A DNA stretch of 64,000 nucleotides from Patescibacteria group bacterium (GCA_049325535.1 JBMOKY010000001.1:941942-1005941); one strand, 5' to 3'; positions 39,450 to 51,117 are shown, numbered from the stretch's first letter. Program-made: numbers and translations. The notes: generated by a model not told the origin, from the sequence alone.

Positions 39450-39875
39450 CTAGATGGTCTTGGAAAGACCAATCGAATCGGGCGGCTGGTGATACCCCTT
39501 CAGCCATTCCTCGCCTGCTTCAGGCGAAAACCTCATGATGGTGAAGGTATGGTACGCCAATGCATCATCGTCATTGGGTACCAGCCACTCCACATCAATG
39601 ATGCAGTCATTGACCCATATTTCCGCTTCGGTCATCCCCGAATCCACGATGGGGGTCCCTTTGAACCCATCGTAGGTGATCACCGCGACGATACCGTGCG
39701 GGTACGCCACCTCGACGGTCCGAATGGCCGGAACCACGATCGCGGCAATAGCCGAAATCAGGAAGATAGCCCCGATCACGGCGACGAGTCCCAGCAGGAC
39801 AGGGCGCATACTTTTCGAAACGCTGCCGCTTCTGGATTCGTGCCGATAATAATTCGGCTCGTGTCTCATCTTCAT
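39450..39875 (-). CDS. hypothetical membrane-anchored small protein
   Basis: 141 aa with one TM, then a soluble domain. Confidence 0.45.
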   Translation of the reverse strand: MKMRHEPNYYRHESRSGSVSKSMRPVLLGLVAVIGAIFLISAIAAIVVPAIRTVEVAYPHGIVAVITYDGFKGTPIVDSGMTEAEIWVNDCIIDVEWLVPNDDDALAYHTFTIMRFSPEAGEEWLKGYHQPPDSIGLSKTI

Positions 39876-39987
39876 AAAAAAGAACCTCCGTTGTTCTGTT
39901 GGTTTCTGTTTGTATGTAACCGGATATACTACAGTAATAATTCAGGTCTGTCAAGACCCGGGGGCGCCAAAAAGCTCAATGGTATAA

Positions 39988-40239
39988 TTATTCGTGATCC
40001 CGGAGGGGTCGGAGCGGCTCGATGGCCGGGCCCTTGAGCACTTGGCCAGTCGGGGTATAGCGGGCGCCATGGCAGGGACAATGCCAGTTGTTTTCATCGC
40101 CATCCCATTCCACGTCGCAAAACTCATGGGTACAATAACTGCTCAACCGGTGCGCCACCCCGTCACCATCGTAATAATAGGCGATATGCTGGTCGCGATC
40201 CACGCGTCCCATCAATTTTGGTTTGTCCGAATCAGACAT
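39988..40239 (-). CDS. small Rieske [2Fe-2S] domain protein
   Basis: Rieske boxes CTHEFC (CxH) … CPCHGARY (CxxH); start placed at MSDSDKP. Confidence 0.75.
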   Translation of the reverse strand: MSDSDKPKLMGRVDRDQHIAYYYDGDGVAHRLSSYCTHEFCDVEWDGDENNWHCPCHGARYTPTGQVLKGPAIEPLRPLRDHE

Positions 40240-40361
40240 GGAGATAGTATAGCGCATCATGTACATCTTGACACCACAGGGTAAAATGGCGTATGCTCAC
40301 CAATCAAAAAAAGAACACTACCAATCAAATAACCGATTAAAACGTCTCAAGGAGGTATCGC

Positions 40362-41108
40362 ATGACCGTTTCGCTTCGTACAAACTGGCGGCTGATGGGA
40401 GTAGCGGCCGTCATCATGGTAATCTGCGGGTTCGCTGCTGGATCGTATATCGATTCATATGCGCTCCAATCGTTTGGGCCCATGGACCATTTCTGGGCTC
40501 ACTGCATCGCCGGATGGATTCTCCTCATCGCCCTGCTGCTCCTCACCTCAGTGGATGCCCTCTTCTATCATGACTTCAGTGCCATGCTCCCATCGCTGAT
40601 TTTGGGCGGCAGCGGTTTTGTCCTCGGTGCCTATCTCGGCTACTCGGCCATGGATCTCATGATTGCGCTCGCACTCTGGGTGATGGTCATATCACTCGCG
40701 CTGGTCTATTGGCCGCTGACGGCAGTCACGGAAAAACGGCGGCGAGGCCGGTTTGCGTACCCGCGGCTCACCGAATGGTGGGTAGCGGTACAGGCGGGAT
40801 CGCTCTTTGCCGGTGTCGCGGGCATCCTCACCGGCATGCTGAGCATCTGGCTCAATCTGCCAGTTGCTCTGATCATCCTCGGCGCGCTGATGATCATGCT
40901 GACTCTACTCGTATTTGGACGGATCGAAAATCCGTCCAGTGAACGGTCAGAACACTGGCTCATGGCAGCGCTCGGCATGGCCGTCCCCTTTGCGGCTGTC
41001 AGCGGTATCCTGACGCTGCAATGGTCGTACGCGCTGTACGGCGCTCTGTATGGATTTGCCGGAGTTCTGATCATGGAGTCCGTCCTCTACGTCAGGTCCC
41101 GCGCCTAA
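40362..41108 (+). CDS. hypothetical polytopic membrane protein
   Basis: 248 aa with ~7 TM and a strong RBS AAGGAGG. Confidence 0.6.
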   Translation: MTVSLRTNWRLMGVAAVIMVICGFAAGSYIDSYALQSFGPMDHFWAHCIAGWILLIALLLLTSVDALFYHDFSAMLPSLILGGSGFVLGAYLGYSAMDLMIALALWVMVISLALVYWPLTAVTEKRRRGRFAYPRLTEWWVAVQAGSLFAGVAGILTGMLSIWLNLPVALIILGALMIMLTLLVFGRIENPSSERSEHWLMAALGMAVPFAAVSGILTLQWSYALYGALYGFAGVLIMESVLYVRSRA

Positions 41109-41241
41109 GAAAAATGCACGTTCGCCCAGAACCGCAGCAGCCCGGTGCGTATCACACATCGGGCTTTTTTTTATCCACGTATACCCGACGCAATGGTGGG
41201 CAAAAAACGAAAATAATTCTATACTATAGATATCTAATATA

Positions 41242-42012
41242 ATGTACTACAAAAATATGCATAACCAAAAAGGTCTAGTACCGATCGTCGTCGTCAGCGC
41301 TATCGTAATCATCTCGCTGGTCGTGGTAGGAGCGGCCTGGTGGTACGAACAAGAAAAAGAAGAAGAACCGACGGTAAACACGCAAGGTACTGCAACGAAT
41401 AACAATGTCAATGCCCCATCCAACCAAAATCTAGCCAATGTCGTGGTCGTCAATGGCACTACAGCAGAAAACACGAATAACACCAATGCTACCACCGTCA
41501 TCAATGAAAACACGAATGCTACAGCTGAAACCGGATGTCCGGTATGGCCGACGTATACGGACCCTGAATACGGCTGGACTATGAACTACCCCTGCGATTG
41601 GACGTATGAGCGGGTCTACGAAGCATCGGGAGATGAAGTGTTATTTGACTATCCCATCCGCTATACCATATTTCAGAGCCCGACTGACCACTACCGGTTG
41701 CTGGTGGGCATCATGGAAGATGGCGGCGCAGGCAGCACTATCAATCGAACCGGCGTCGGTGCCGGCGACTGGCAGGATCAGGCAGCAATCATGGTGGCTA
41801 ATACGTCGGTGCCGGTGCGGGAATTAGTATACCAAAATAAAGTAAAAGAAGTGTTTTTCTATACCGCTGGCCCGGTGACCATCGGCAGTTATCTACTCAC
41901 CGCCACCTTTGACCAGGACCAGGATTCAATCGACTATGACGATATCGACCTGACCGATACAAACGAACTCGACCTGGGGCGGCAGATACTCATGTCACTC
42001 GAGCTGCCCTGA
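41242..42012 (+). CDS. hypothetical secreted/anchored protein with Asn/Thr-rich low-complexity linker
   Basis: N-terminal TM, a NxT-rich region and a globular C-terminal domain. Confidence 0.55.
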   Translation: MYYKNMHNQKGLVPIVVVSAIVIISLVVVGAAWWYEQEKEEEPTVNTQGTATNNNVNAPSNQNLANVVVVNGTTAENTNNTNATTVINENTNATAETGCPVWPTYTDPEYGWTMNYPCDWTYERVYEASGDEVLFDYPIRYTIFQSPTDHYRLLVGIMEDGGAGSTINRTGVGAGDWQDQAAIMVANTSVPVRELVYQNKVKEVFFYTAGPVTIGSYLLTATFDQDQDSIDYDDIDLTDTNELDLGRQILMSLELP

Positions 42013-42035
42013 CGCCGATGGCCTGACCACCACGC

Positions 42036-42746
42036 ATGCCCCGACCAGCCGTCCTGCTTATCCACGGATTTACCTCGCACCGCTCCAGTCTCGAGGCGGT
42101 TATTCCTGGATTGGACGCGCGCGGCATCGAATGGCACTACCCCATCCTGGCCGGCCACGGCACCAGCCCGGCCGATCTGGCTCATGCCCGATGGGAGGAC
42201 TGGCAGTACGATGTGGAGCAGGGTCTCAAATATCTCCAACCGGAAACTCGGCCAGTGGTCATCATCGCCCTCTCCATGGGATCGCTCCTTGGACTAGAAT
42301 TAGCTGCGAAATATCCTCAACAAATTTCCGGCGTGGTGCTGCTCTCACCATGTCTTCATTTCTATTCACGACTTGCACGCTATACCCGAGTGGTCAGCCG
42401 GGTCATTCCGCGCGTGCCAAACCCGAGTGTGGCAAAATTCAGCTCACCGACCTATGCTCAAAACGACCAAGGCTATTCCTGGTTTCCGACGGTGGCATTT
42501 CGGCGGTTCTGGATCCGCACCCTGCATTTTGACAGTGTCCTGGAAAAGGTCACCCAACCCGTACGCATTATTCACTCGCACAATGACAAAGTCGCCGCAC
42601 CATCCGGTGCCCAGCATATCTATGACACCATCCCGAGCACTGCTAAAGAACTCGTGTGGTTGGAGCACTCCGGACATGAGATTCTCCTCGACTGTGAAAC
42701 TGATCAGGTGCTGGAGGAGATATTCAAATTTCCCCTGCTGAACTAA
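42036..42746 (+). CDS. alpha/beta hydrolase (carboxylesterase-like)
   Basis: 236 aa with an HGFTS oxyanion region and the nucleophile elbow ALSMGSLLG. Confidence 0.85.
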   Translation: MPRPAVLLIHGFTSHRSSLEAVIPGLDARGIEWHYPILAGHGTSPADLAHARWEDWQYDVEQGLKYLQPETRPVVIIALSMGSLLGLELAAKYPQQISGVVLLSPCLHFYSRLARYTRVVSRVIPRVPNPSVAKFSSPTYAQNDQGYSWFPTVAFRRFWIRTLHFDSVLEKVTQPVRIIHSHNDKVAAPSGAQHIYDTIPSTAKELVWLEHSGHEILLDCETDQVLEEIFKFPLLN

Positions 42747-42928
42747 TATTTCCGCCAATCGTGATCAGTAAAAATGTCGGGGTCCGGGGGTTCCTCTCAG
42801 CCCTTCCTATGCAGTACAACAATTCAAAATGGCGAGCGCATAGCCCGCTCGAACACCGTCAGGCGGGCGGGGAGCCCCCGGCAGCTCTTTTGAACTACAT
42901 TTCATGCTGCCAAGAAAAGTAGCAGATT

Positions 42929-45862
42929 CTATTTCAATAACGGCTTGAGGAATTTACCCGTGTAACTGCGTGCTACCTTCACCACTTCCCGCGGAGTACC
43001 CTGAGCCACCACTTCTCCGCCCTTGTCGCCGCCCTCTGGCCCGAGATCGATGATCCAATCAGCTGATTTGATGACGTCCAGATTATGCTCGATGACCAGG
43101 ACGGTATTACCTTTGTCCACCAGTTGATTGAGTACGTGCAGCAAGCGTTTCACGTCATCGAAATGCAAACCCGTAGTCGGCTCATCCAAAATGTATAATG
43201 TCTTACCCGTCGCCCGACGCGACAATTCCGTGGCGAGTTTGACGCGCTGTGCCTCACCACCAGACAGCGTGGTCGCCGACTGCCCCAGATGGATGTAGCC
43301 CAACCCCACATCATAGAGTGTTTTCAGTTTATTATGGATGGCCGGTTGATTTTTGAAAAAATGCATGGATTCTTCCACGGTCATATTCAGCACCTCAGAA
43401 ATGTTCTTCCCCCGATAGTGAATCTCCAGCGCCTGTGGATTATACCGCCGCCCTTTACACTCTTCGCACTCCACGTACACATCGGGCAGGAACTGCATTT
43501 CGATCTTCACCAAACCATCACCCTGGCAAGCCTCACACCGACCGCCGACGACATTGAAACTAAACCGGCCCGGCGAGTACCCGCGGATGCGCGCTTCGGG
43601 CACCTGGGAAAATAAATCCCGGATATAAGTAAAGACTCCGGTGTACGTAGCGGGATTTGAACGTGGCGTCCGGCCAATGGGCGACTGGTCGATGACGATG
43701 ACTTTATCCAGATGCTCAGTACCTTCGATCGCTTTGTGCGCGCCGGGTACCTCCTTTGCCCGATAAAATTTCTGGGCCAATGCTTTGGCAAGGATATCAG
43801 TCATCAAGGTCGATTTTCCTGAACCGGAAACGCCGGTGATACAGATAAACCGACCCAGCGGAAATGTTACATCGACCTGCTTCAGATTGAATTCAGACGC
43901 GCCGCGAATGACCAATTTTTTACCGTTACCTTTTCGGTATTCCTTGGGCGCGGGTATGGACAGCTTGCCGGATAAGTATTTGCCGGTCAATGATTTAGGA
44001 TCCTTCATCAGCTGCTGCGGCGTACCGGCCGCCACAACCTCACCGCCGTGCTCTCCGGCTCCCGGACCGATATCCACCACATAGTCCGAAGCAAGAATGG
44101 TTCCCTCGTCATGCTCTACCACGATAACGGTATTTCCCAGTTCCTTCAGGGTAATCAGCGTTTGAATCAGTTTTTCATTGTCACGCTGATGCAGGCCAAT
44201 AGACGGCTCGTCTAATATGTATACCACCCCCACCAGTGATGAACCGATCTGGGTGGCCAGTCGGATGCGCTGTGCCTCGCCGCCGGCCAGGGTGGAAGCA
44301 GCCCGATCCAATGTCAAATAGTCCAGGCCGACATTATGGAGGAATTCCAAACGGGCAATAATCTCTTTCAATATCTGGCGGGCGACGACCTTATCCTGTT
44401 CCCGTTCAAATGCAATGGCGCCAAAAAAATCACGCGCTCCATCCACGGTCATATTGGCAATGTCAGCGATAGAGGTGCCCTGAATCAATACCGCTAGAGC
44501 CTCCGGTTTGAGCCGTTTGCCATGGCAGGCGGGGCACTCCAGTACTCGCATGTACTTTTCGATCTCCGTCCGGATGTAATCAGACTGGGTCTCCGCGTAC
44601 CGGCGCATCAGATTGGGAATGACCCCCTCAAAATTCTTGGTAAATTCCCCCTCAAACCTATCACTCGAATAATCCATGGTGTATTCCTTGGTTCCGGTGC
44701 CGTATAGAATCATCTCCAAGTGTTTGGCGCTCAATTTTTCTACCGGCACATCAAGCGAAAAACCGTTGGCATCCGCCACCTTCTCCAAAAATCGGATATA
44801 CCACGCTTGATTGGCTGACGTGCGCGCCCAGGGACGGATGGCTCCCTCGGCGATCGTTAGCTTCCGATTGGGAATGACCATAGCCGGGTCGATCTCCAGC
44901 CGGGTACCCAGCCCCGTGCACTCCGGGCATGCGCCGTGAGGATTATTGAAAGAAAAATTCCTGGGCTCAATGGGGGGCAAATTGATGTGGCAATGGGGAC
45001 AGGCAAAATGTTGGGAAAAAAGCTGGCTCAACTCATCATCAAACCGATGGATGACGACCAGGCCATCACCGAGATTCAATGCCGCCTCCAGCGACTCGCG
45101 CAATCGCTGTTTGTCCAGCGAGGCGTCATGAGTCAGCCGGTCGACGACAACGTCAATATCATGCTTTTTTTGCTTGTCGAGTGTTGTGTCTTCTGCCTCC
45201 TCGATGGGATAGAGGTCTCCGTCGATACGCACCCGGACATAGCCAGCCTTCCGTACCTCGGCGATGACTTTCTTGTGCTCGCCTTTCTGGCTGCGAATAA
45301 CCGGTGCCATGATGGCAAATTGGGTATTAGCCGGGAGCGCCAGTACCTGTTCCATTATCTGATCGATTGTTTGTTTGGTGACTACCCGACCGCACTGCGG
45401 GCAGTGCGGGGTACCGACCCGGGCATAGAGCAAACGCAAATAATCATAAATCTCGGTCACCGTACCGACTGTAGAACGAGGATTGTGTGAGGTCGATTTC
45501 TGATCAATGGAAATAGCTGGGGACAAACCGTCAATCTGATCCACGTCGGGTTTGTCCATCAAACCCAAAAATTGCCGGGCATACGCGGATAAAGATTCGA
45601 CATAGCGCCGCTGGCCCTCAGCATAGATAGTGTCAAATGCCAGAGACGATTTTCCGGAACCGGATATGCCGGTAATCACCACTAATTTATTTCGTGGCAA
45701 ATCGAGGCTGATATTCTTCAGATTATGCACCCGAGCGCCCCGGATCGAAATGACGGGTTCGGTGGCAGACGACTGACGAGCGCGTGCGGGCATAGCCGTA
45801 TCAATAATCAATACTAAAAAATATACGGAGGCAAGTATACACCCGCTGCCGAGGAAGGTCAA
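42929..45862 (-). CDS. uvrA: excinuclease ABC subunit A (UvrA)
   Basis: 977 aa with tandem ABC modules and zinc fingers. Confidence 0.97.
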   Translation of the reverse strand: MTFLGSGCILASVYFLVLIIDTAMPARARQSSATEPVISIRGARVHNLKNISLDLPRNKLVVITGISGSGKSSLAFDTIYAEGQRRYVESLSAYARQFLGLMDKPDVDQIDGLSPAISIDQKSTSHNPRSTVGTVTEIYDYLRLLYARVGTPHCPQCGRVVTKQTIDQIMEQVLALPANTQFAIMAPVIRSQKGEHKKVIAEVRKAGYVRVRIDGDLYPIEEAEDTTLDKQKKHDIDVVVDRLTHDASLDKQRLRESLEAALNLGDGLVVIHRFDDELSQLFSQHFACPHCHINLPPIEPRNFSFNNPHGACPECTGLGTRLEIDPAMVIPNRKLTIAEGAIRPWARTSANQAWYIRFLEKVADANGFSLDVPVEKLSAKHLEMILYGTGTKEYTMDYSSDRFEGEFTKNFEGVIPNLMRRYAETQSDYIRTEIEKYMRVLECPACHGKRLKPEALAVLIQGTSIADIANMTVDGARDFFGAIAFEREQDKVVARQILKEIIARLEFLHNVGLDYLTLDRAASTLAGGEAQRIRLATQIGSSLVGVVYILDEPSIGLHQRDNEKLIQTLITLKELGNTVIVVEHDEGTILASDYVVDIGPGAGEHGGEVVAAGTPQQLMKDPKSLTGKYLSGKLSIPAPKEYRKGNGKKLVIRGASEFNLKQVDVTFPLGRFICITGVSGSGKSTLMTDILAKALAQKFYRAKEVPGAHKAIEGTEHLDKVIVIDQSPIGRTPRSNPATYTGVFTYIRDLFSQVPEARIRGYSPGRFSFNVVGGRCEACQGDGLVKIEMQFLPDVYVECEECKGRRYNPQALEIHYRGKNISEVLNMTVEESMHFFKNQPAIHNKLKTLYDVGLGYIHLGQSATTLSGGEAQRVKLATELSRRATGKTLYILDEPTTGLHFDDVKRLLHVLNQLVDKGNTVLVIEHNLDVIKSADWIIDLGPEGGDKGGEVVAQGTPREVVKVARSYTGKFLKPLLK

Positions 45863-45907
45863 GCCGTAGCCGCAAAAAATCCGCCAGCCAGGGCGGCATT
45901 CCCCCAG

Positions 45908-46492
45908 CTAGCCCAGCAACCCCAGCTGATTGGCCATTTGCAGCATGACGGCGGTAAGCAATAGGAACCACAGCAGCAAAAAGTCCTTGCTTAATTTCTT
46001 CGCCACATCGCTCGATGGCCGCAACCCGTGGATATAAGCATACCCCTGGCCGATGTAATTGACGCCAAAAATCAGGGCAACCCCGCCGGCGACCACGCTG
46101 ATAAGTTGCATTGTTTCGGGTATGTCCGTGGTCCAAGCGAAAAATCCGATAATCGGCGCGATCGAGAGCAACACGATACCGATTATTGCTAGGGCGCCGA
46201 TCACAAAATACACCAGCTCAAGAAGATTGATCCGGGAACCCCGGATGATACTAAAGACGAACAATGAAGGCAGGCAGATCAGGAGCGAATCAAAATACAC
46301 CACGAGCGCTTTCCAGGCACGCTCAGTGACATGACCCCAGGTGAAATCAGTCACCGACAATGCGCCAAAAACAGCGATACCAACGACCGCCACGATGAAA
46401 TATTCGATGAGATAGCGCCGCCACAGTGATGACTGGGTTTTTGATTCAAAAACCGCTTGTTTATTTTTGAGGAGCAATGACGTTCCGAACAT
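45908..46492 (-). CDS. hypothetical membrane protein (Yip1-like topology)
   Basis: 194 aa with 5 TM, lying 45 nt upstream of uvrA. Confidence 0.5.
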   Translation of the reverse strand: MFGTSLLLKNKQAVFESKTQSSLWRRYLIEYFIVAVVGIAVFGALSVTDFTWGHVTERAWKALVVYFDSLLICLPSLFVFSIIRGSRINLLELVYFVIGALAIIGIVLLSIAPIIGFFAWTTDIPETMQLISVVAGGVALIFGVNYIGQGYAYIHGLRPSSDVAKKLSKDFLLLWFLLLTAVMLQMANQLGLLG

Positions 46493-46513
46493 ATATATGT
46501 TCCTTTCCCGGCT

Positions 46514-47668
46514 TTAGAGCCGATTGATAGTTGATAAAATTTCTTCAAATACATTTCCGCTGTATAGCCGCGAAAATGGCAATGATTGATACACCGGATC
46601 GAGCACGCCAACCCATGGTCGAAGCATCCACCCCAGCTGCAACAACACGACGCCATACAACAGCATCCAAATTGCTATGAGTATGATGGCATACCGTACG
46701 CCCCACTTCAGATATTGGCTGTATTGACGGATGATGCTGACGAGATACGCAACCGCAAATAACACGAGTGCCCAGAGCAATGCCGCATCGTGTTCGAAAT
46801 GAGTAATGCTGGCGTACCCGACAATTGGGGCGAGTGCGGCTAAACTCATAGCACAGAGGGTGACCCATTGCAGCGCATGAATAGACATTTCACGAAGTGG
46901 GGTGATGACGCCCAGTAATCGAGCGAAAACAACATTCGCTGCTATTGAAAGAAGTAATGAACACAATAATAAAAATGGTAATTTAATAAACAAAAATAGA
47001 ATTTGATTCCACCCCGTGAAGCTGCCCAGGGCAATACTAAATACCGCTGACCACAGAATGGTAATCCAAATGAGAGAAACTGCCGTACGCAACGACGCTT
47101 CGACTGTTTCACCCTTCAATACCAATTTTGTTGTGCTCCATAGGTGGGCAGGCGTTACGCGTCGCCGTATGCTTAAAACCAATAACAATAAAACTCCCCC
47201 GCCAATCAATGTGGCCAATGTGATCAACCGAGTATTTACTTCCTCGGTATAGGTAATCAGTACTGGAGCCGCTGGCCAGGACATTGAGCTCTTAGCTTGG
47301 AAAATAATAATACGGAACGACGGATGGAGTGTGGTATCTAATGTTGAAATATCGATGGCATGTTCCGTCAGTCGCCGCGCATTAAAATTCGGGATACGGT
47401 GATTTGTATTGTCCCATAGTTCTATGTACAGCTGTTCATCCCCCCACTCACTGGGAATGGTGATCGTATCCCATGTTTTCACCTTCCAGGTCGGCAAGGT
47501 CAGTACTGCGTGATTTGTCTGATAAATTTTTTCCCCACGTATATCGTCCGGTACCAGCGTCAATCCTATTTCGTACGTGGTCGGGACGGATGCACGAGCA
47601 TCTATCGGCACACCTAATAGTACCAATGCTGTACTGAGAATCACTATATACATCGCAACTCGAGGCAT
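46514..47668 (-). CDS. hypothetical membrane protein with N-terminal signal peptide and extracytoplasmic domain
   Basis: 384 aa with a signal peptide, a ~150-aa exported domain and ~6 TM. Confidence 0.5.
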   Translation of the reverse strand: MPRVAMYIVILSTALVLLGVPIDARASVPTTYEIGLTLVPDDIRGEKIYQTNHAVLTLPTWKVKTWDTITIPSEWGDEQLYIELWDNTNHRIPNFNARRLTEHAIDISTLDTTLHPSFRIIIFQAKSSMSWPAAPVLITYTEEVNTRLITLATLIGGGVLLLLVLSIRRRVTPAHLWSTTKLVLKGETVEASLRTAVSLIWITILWSAVFSIALGSFTGWNQILFLFIKLPFLLLCSLLLSIAANVVFARLLGVITPLREMSIHALQWVTLCAMSLAALAPIVGYASITHFEHDAALLWALVLFAVAYLVSIIRQYSQYLKWGVRYAIILIAIWMLLYGVVLLQLGWMLRPWVGVLDPVYQSLPFSRLYSGNVFEEILSTINRL

Positions 47669-47683
47669 ATACCGTAAAAAAAT

Positions 47684-48859
47684 TTATCGATACCCTGGGA
47701 CTTGTTGCTCAAGCTCATGACGAATCTCTTCCACCGATTGGCGTCCTTGCACAAAGTATTCAATCTCCACTGAGCTGGCCGGCCGGCCGATGATCGCTCG
47801 ATGCAGATTATCAATCACCAACGTCCGTTCATATGATGCATACAGTACATCTTTTACCCGACTCATCGTACGGTACGCGCGCGTATAAGTATAAAACTCG
47901 ATATCTTTTTGCTCTGGCTGCCGTCCGAGAATTTCCTGATATACCAGGTATATTTCCGGCTTCCAGGAAATGATATCAACAGCGCCGTAATTATTGATGT
48001 CTGGGAAACTCAGAGACAGAAGCGGAAGGACAGCAAAGGCAGCGGACACAAAAAGTTTACGACCAAGGGCGCTCCCCTGATTACGCCAGTAGCGGCTCAG
48101 GAAATAAGCGCCACCGATGACCCCGACGATAATGACAAAATATACGGGCCAGAGCAGCGGATGAAAAAATGCCAGCTGCTGGCAGTGCGCCAGCTCACCG
48201 ACCAAAGGCGTCGTATCTCGGGTCAGATAGAGACAAGCATCCGGCTGAATGAACCGAAACAATTCTTTCCCGTGGAGCGCGGACCAAGTGGTCACTAGAG
48301 CAAAACCATAAATGCAAACTTTCTTGAAAAAAACCGGCAACCGCGACCAAAACCGCATCAGCCCAACAACAATGATGGACGCGAGTACAATCGCATGAAA
48401 CGGTACCAGCACCTTGTCGATATCATGCATGATTGTGATACTGATGCAGACCATCAAGCCAAATAGTATTGCCGACCACAGAGCGGACAGAGATCTTAGC
48501 CCCCAATACTCCGATAACAGTTTAATCACTATGATAACCACCGAAAATATGCCCACGTACAAAAGTGACAGTAATATTGGTTGCGCCAATACTCCATTCA
48601 GCGGGTATTGTTTCAGCCAGTAGCCGAGGGACAAGACGATGGCGACCGCCATGGCCACTGATGCGACAAACGTCGGATGCATCAACGAACGCCTCCGCAT
48701 CACACTCAGCGTTTCTCTTTCGTATTTTTGCACATTACCAAATCGCGCACGGGCCTGCGCATACGCGTCCTCAGGTGAAACGCCCGTGGCTATCAATTCA
48801 TCCGCACCATCGGCGATATGACTTTCTAATTCCTGTTTGATGTCGTCACGGTCTGACAT
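47684..48859 (-). CDS. PadR-associated membrane protein with C-terminal DUF4214-like repeats
   Basis: Start placed at MSDRDD…; an N-terminal helical domain of the type commonly encoded beside PadR regulators, then ~6 TM, then two LGRxP…IEYF repeats (…YQEILGRQPEQKDIEFYT…, …HRAIIGRPASSVEIEYFV…). Confidence 0.6.
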   Translation of the reverse strand: MSDRDDIKQELESHIADGADELIATGVSPEDAYAQARARFGNVQKYERETLSVMRRRSLMHPTFVASVAMAVAIVLSLGYWLKQYPLNGVLAQPILLSLLYVGIFSVVIIVIKLLSEYWGLRSLSALWSAILFGLMVCISITIMHDIDKVLVPFHAIVLASIIVVGLMRFWSRLPVFFKKVCIYGFALVTTWSALHGKELFRFIQPDACLYLTRDTTPLVGELAHCQQLAFFHPLLWPVYFVIIVGVIGGAYFLSRYWRNQGSALGRKLFVSAAFAVLPLLSLSFPDINNYGAVDIISWKPEIYLVYQEILGRQPEQKDIEFYTYTRAYRTMSRVKDVLYASYERTLVIDNLHRAIIGRPASSVEIEYFVQGRQSVEEIRHELEQQVPGYR

Positions 48860-48860
48860 A

Positions 48861-49193
48861 TTACATGATTTTTTTGACGGCGTGGGCAAAAACTTGCCAT
48901 TCGGCGGTTTTGTCAGCTAAAACCTTTCGCCCCTTGTTTGTCAGACTATAGTACTTTCTCCTTCGCCCATCGACCTCCTGCCACCATGACTCGAGCAACC
49001 CTCCGATTTCGAGTTTATGCAGCAATGGATACAGCGTCCCCTCGCCGAGTGAAAAAACCTCATCACTCCGTGATCGTATTTCTTTGACAATCAGATACCC
49101 ATATAGGGGTTTTTGTTTCAAGACAGAAAGTAACAGAATCTCCAAGGACCCCTTCAATAATTCCTTATTTATTTTTCCCTGATGCAATACCAT
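48861..49193 (-). CDS. PadR family transcriptional regulator
   Basis: 110 aa with a winged HTH (…LLSVLKQKPLYGYLIVKEIRSRS…GTLYPLLHKLEIGGLLESWW…). Confidence 0.85.
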   Translation of the reverse strand: MVLHQGKINKELLKGSLEILLLSVLKQKPLYGYLIVKEIRSRSDEVFSLGEGTLYPLLHKLEIGGLLESWWQEVDGRRRKYYSLTNKGRKVLADKTAEWQVFAHAVKKIM

Positions 49194-49332
49194 AACCCTA
49201 CCCTAACATACCTCGAATTACGATGCAATGACGTTATCCACATGACCAATCCAGCAACGTCCTATCACTTCCCCAATGCCCATCAGTTACTCCTGTCGTG
49301 CCAATATCCGCTGACTTGCTATACTGGGTAAT

Positions 49333-51117
49333 ATGATTACCCCTCCATTTATCAAATTGGCCAGCGTCCCGCATAAACCCGGTGTCTACCAGTACCGGGA
49401 TGCTGCCGGACGGCTGCTCTACATCGGTAAAGCCAAGGATTTGCGAAACCGCGTCTCGTCATATTTCCACAGTTCCGCTCAACACACCCCCTCGAAACAG
49501 ATCATGACAAATAAAATCGCAACGGTGGAATACATCATCACCTCATCGGAAACCGAGGCGCTGCTCCTGGAAGCCAGTCTGATCAAGCGCTACCAGCCAC
49601 CCTATAATATCGACCTGAAAGACGATAAAAATTTTCTCTATATCAAAATAACCACCGATGAAGAATTCCCCCGCGTCTTTACGGTCCGGCACGTCACCGG
49701 TGACCGGGCCAAATATTTTGGGCCCTATACCTCGGCACTGGCCGTGCGGCAAACACTGCACACACTCCGGCAGCTCTTCCCTCACCGCAATTTCCCAACC
49801 ACACCAAACAAACGCCAGCTGGAATACACGGTCAAACGCTATCCAGAACTGATGGGGCCATGCGACCCACGAGAATACCGCACCACCATCAATCGTATCA
49901 CTCAGTTCCTCACCGGCCACTATCAGGACATCATCCGCGAAGTAACCCAGGAGATGCGCCGCCGCTCAGCAAAACGACAATTCGAACGGGCAGCGCAGCT
50001 CCGCGACACCATCCATGCCATGCAGCGCATGATGGAAAAACAAAAGGTGGTTTCTCCCAAACGGGAAAACTGCGACATCCTCAGCCTGGCTCGGGACGCT
50101 AACCGCGCAGCGGTCAATCTCTTTTCCGTTCGCGATGGTAAGCTGATTGCCAAGCAGGATTTCCTGCTCGGCAATACGGGCGACCAAACCGATGGCCATA
50201 TTCTGCAGGCCTTCTGCGAACGGTTTTACGCCGCCCACACCAGTCTGCCTCCCATGCTCGTCGTACCGGTCGCGCTGCCCGATGCCAAACTTCTGACTGC
50301 GGCTTTTGGCTGCCGGATACTGGTACCGCAGCGCGGGACCAAACGTCAATATCTCCAACTGGGCCAAGAAAATGCTGCGCATCATCTGGAACAGCAGCGC
50401 GCTTCCTGGGAACGTGATCAGCGCACGCTGATCGGCGCCCTGGATGAATTCAAAAAGCGTCTCCAGCTTCCCAGCCGCCCCCGGCGCATCGAAGTCTATG
50501 ACATTTCCAATATTCAGGGAACGCATGCGGTCGGATCCATGGTCGTCTTTACCGACGGCAAACCGGATAAACAGTGGTATCGGAAATTTACCATCAAAAC
50601 GGTCCAGGGCGCCAATGATTTTGCCATGCTCAGTGAAGTGTTGCGCCGCCGCTTTCAGCACGCCCCGGTTTCCCCGGGCGGAGGGAGGGCTGGTATGAAG
50701 GGAGAATGGCCCAAACCCGATCTCATCATCCTGGACGGCGGCAAAGGCCAGCTCAGTGCAGTCACCAAACAAGTGCCTATCGATGTGCCCATCGTCGCGC
50801 TGGCAAAACAATTTGAAGATATATACCGACCTGGTGCTAATACCCCGCTCCGTTTCTCTCCCGACACGCCAGCATTTTTCCTCCTGCAGCGTATGCGCGA
50901 TGAGGCACATCGGTTCGCCATCACATTTTACCGAAAACGACACGGTACTGACACGACCGCATCGCGCCTGGATAGTATTCCCGGCATCGGTCCGACACTG
51001 AAGAAAAAATTGCTCACCCGATTCGGTTCAGTCGAAGCCATCCGCACCCAACCGGCCGCCGCACTCGCGATGGTAGTCGGTGACAGTCGAGCTCGCCGTA
51101 TCAAGGAACTCCTATGA
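49333..51117 (+). CDS. uvrC: excinuclease ABC subunit C (UvrC)
   Basis: 594 aa with an N-terminal GIY-YIG domain (GVYQYRDAAGRLLYIGKAKDLRNRV), a UvrBC domain and a C-terminal RNaseH-like/HhH region. Confidence 0.97.
   Translation: MITPPFIKLASVPHKPGVYQYRDAAGRLLYIGKAKDLRNRVSSYFHSSAQHTPSKQIMTNKIATVEYIITSSETEALLLEASLIKRYQPPYNIDLKDDKNFLYIKITTDEEFPRVFTVRHVTGDRAKYFGPYTSALAVRQTLHTLRQLFPHRNFPTTPNKRQLEYTVKRYPELMGPCDPREYRTTINRITQFLTGHYQDIIREVTQEMRRRSAKRQFERAAQLRDTIHAMQRMMEKQKVVSPKRENCDILSLARDANRAAVNLFSVRDGKLIAKQDFLLGNTGDQTDGHILQAFCERFYAAHTSLPPMLVVPVALPDAKLLTAAFGCRILVPQRGTKRQYLQLGQENAAHHLEQQRASWERDQRTLIGALDEFKKRLQLPSRPRRIEVYDISNIQGTHAVGSMVVFTDGKPDKQWYRKFTIKTVQGANDFAMLSEVLRRRFQHAPVSPGGGRAGMKGEWPKPDLIILDGGKGQLSAVTKQVPIDVPIVALAKQFEDIYRPGANTPLRFSPDTPAFFLLQRMRDEAHRFAITFYRKRHGTDTTASRLDSIPGIGPTLKKKLLTRFGSVEAIRTQPAAALAMVVGDSRARRIKELL

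Noticed and set aside
41380-41530. Imperfect DNA repeats (aacaccaatgc / aacacgaat…) checked as a possible CRISPR-like array, also at 62600..62860
   Set aside because: They encode Asn/Thr-rich low-complexity protein linkers in frame within long ORFs. There are no regular repeat-spacer units and no cas genes.
49966-50943. 325-aa minus-strand ORF
   Set aside because: It is antisense to uvrC, which has unmistakable GIY-YIG and UvrC motifs.
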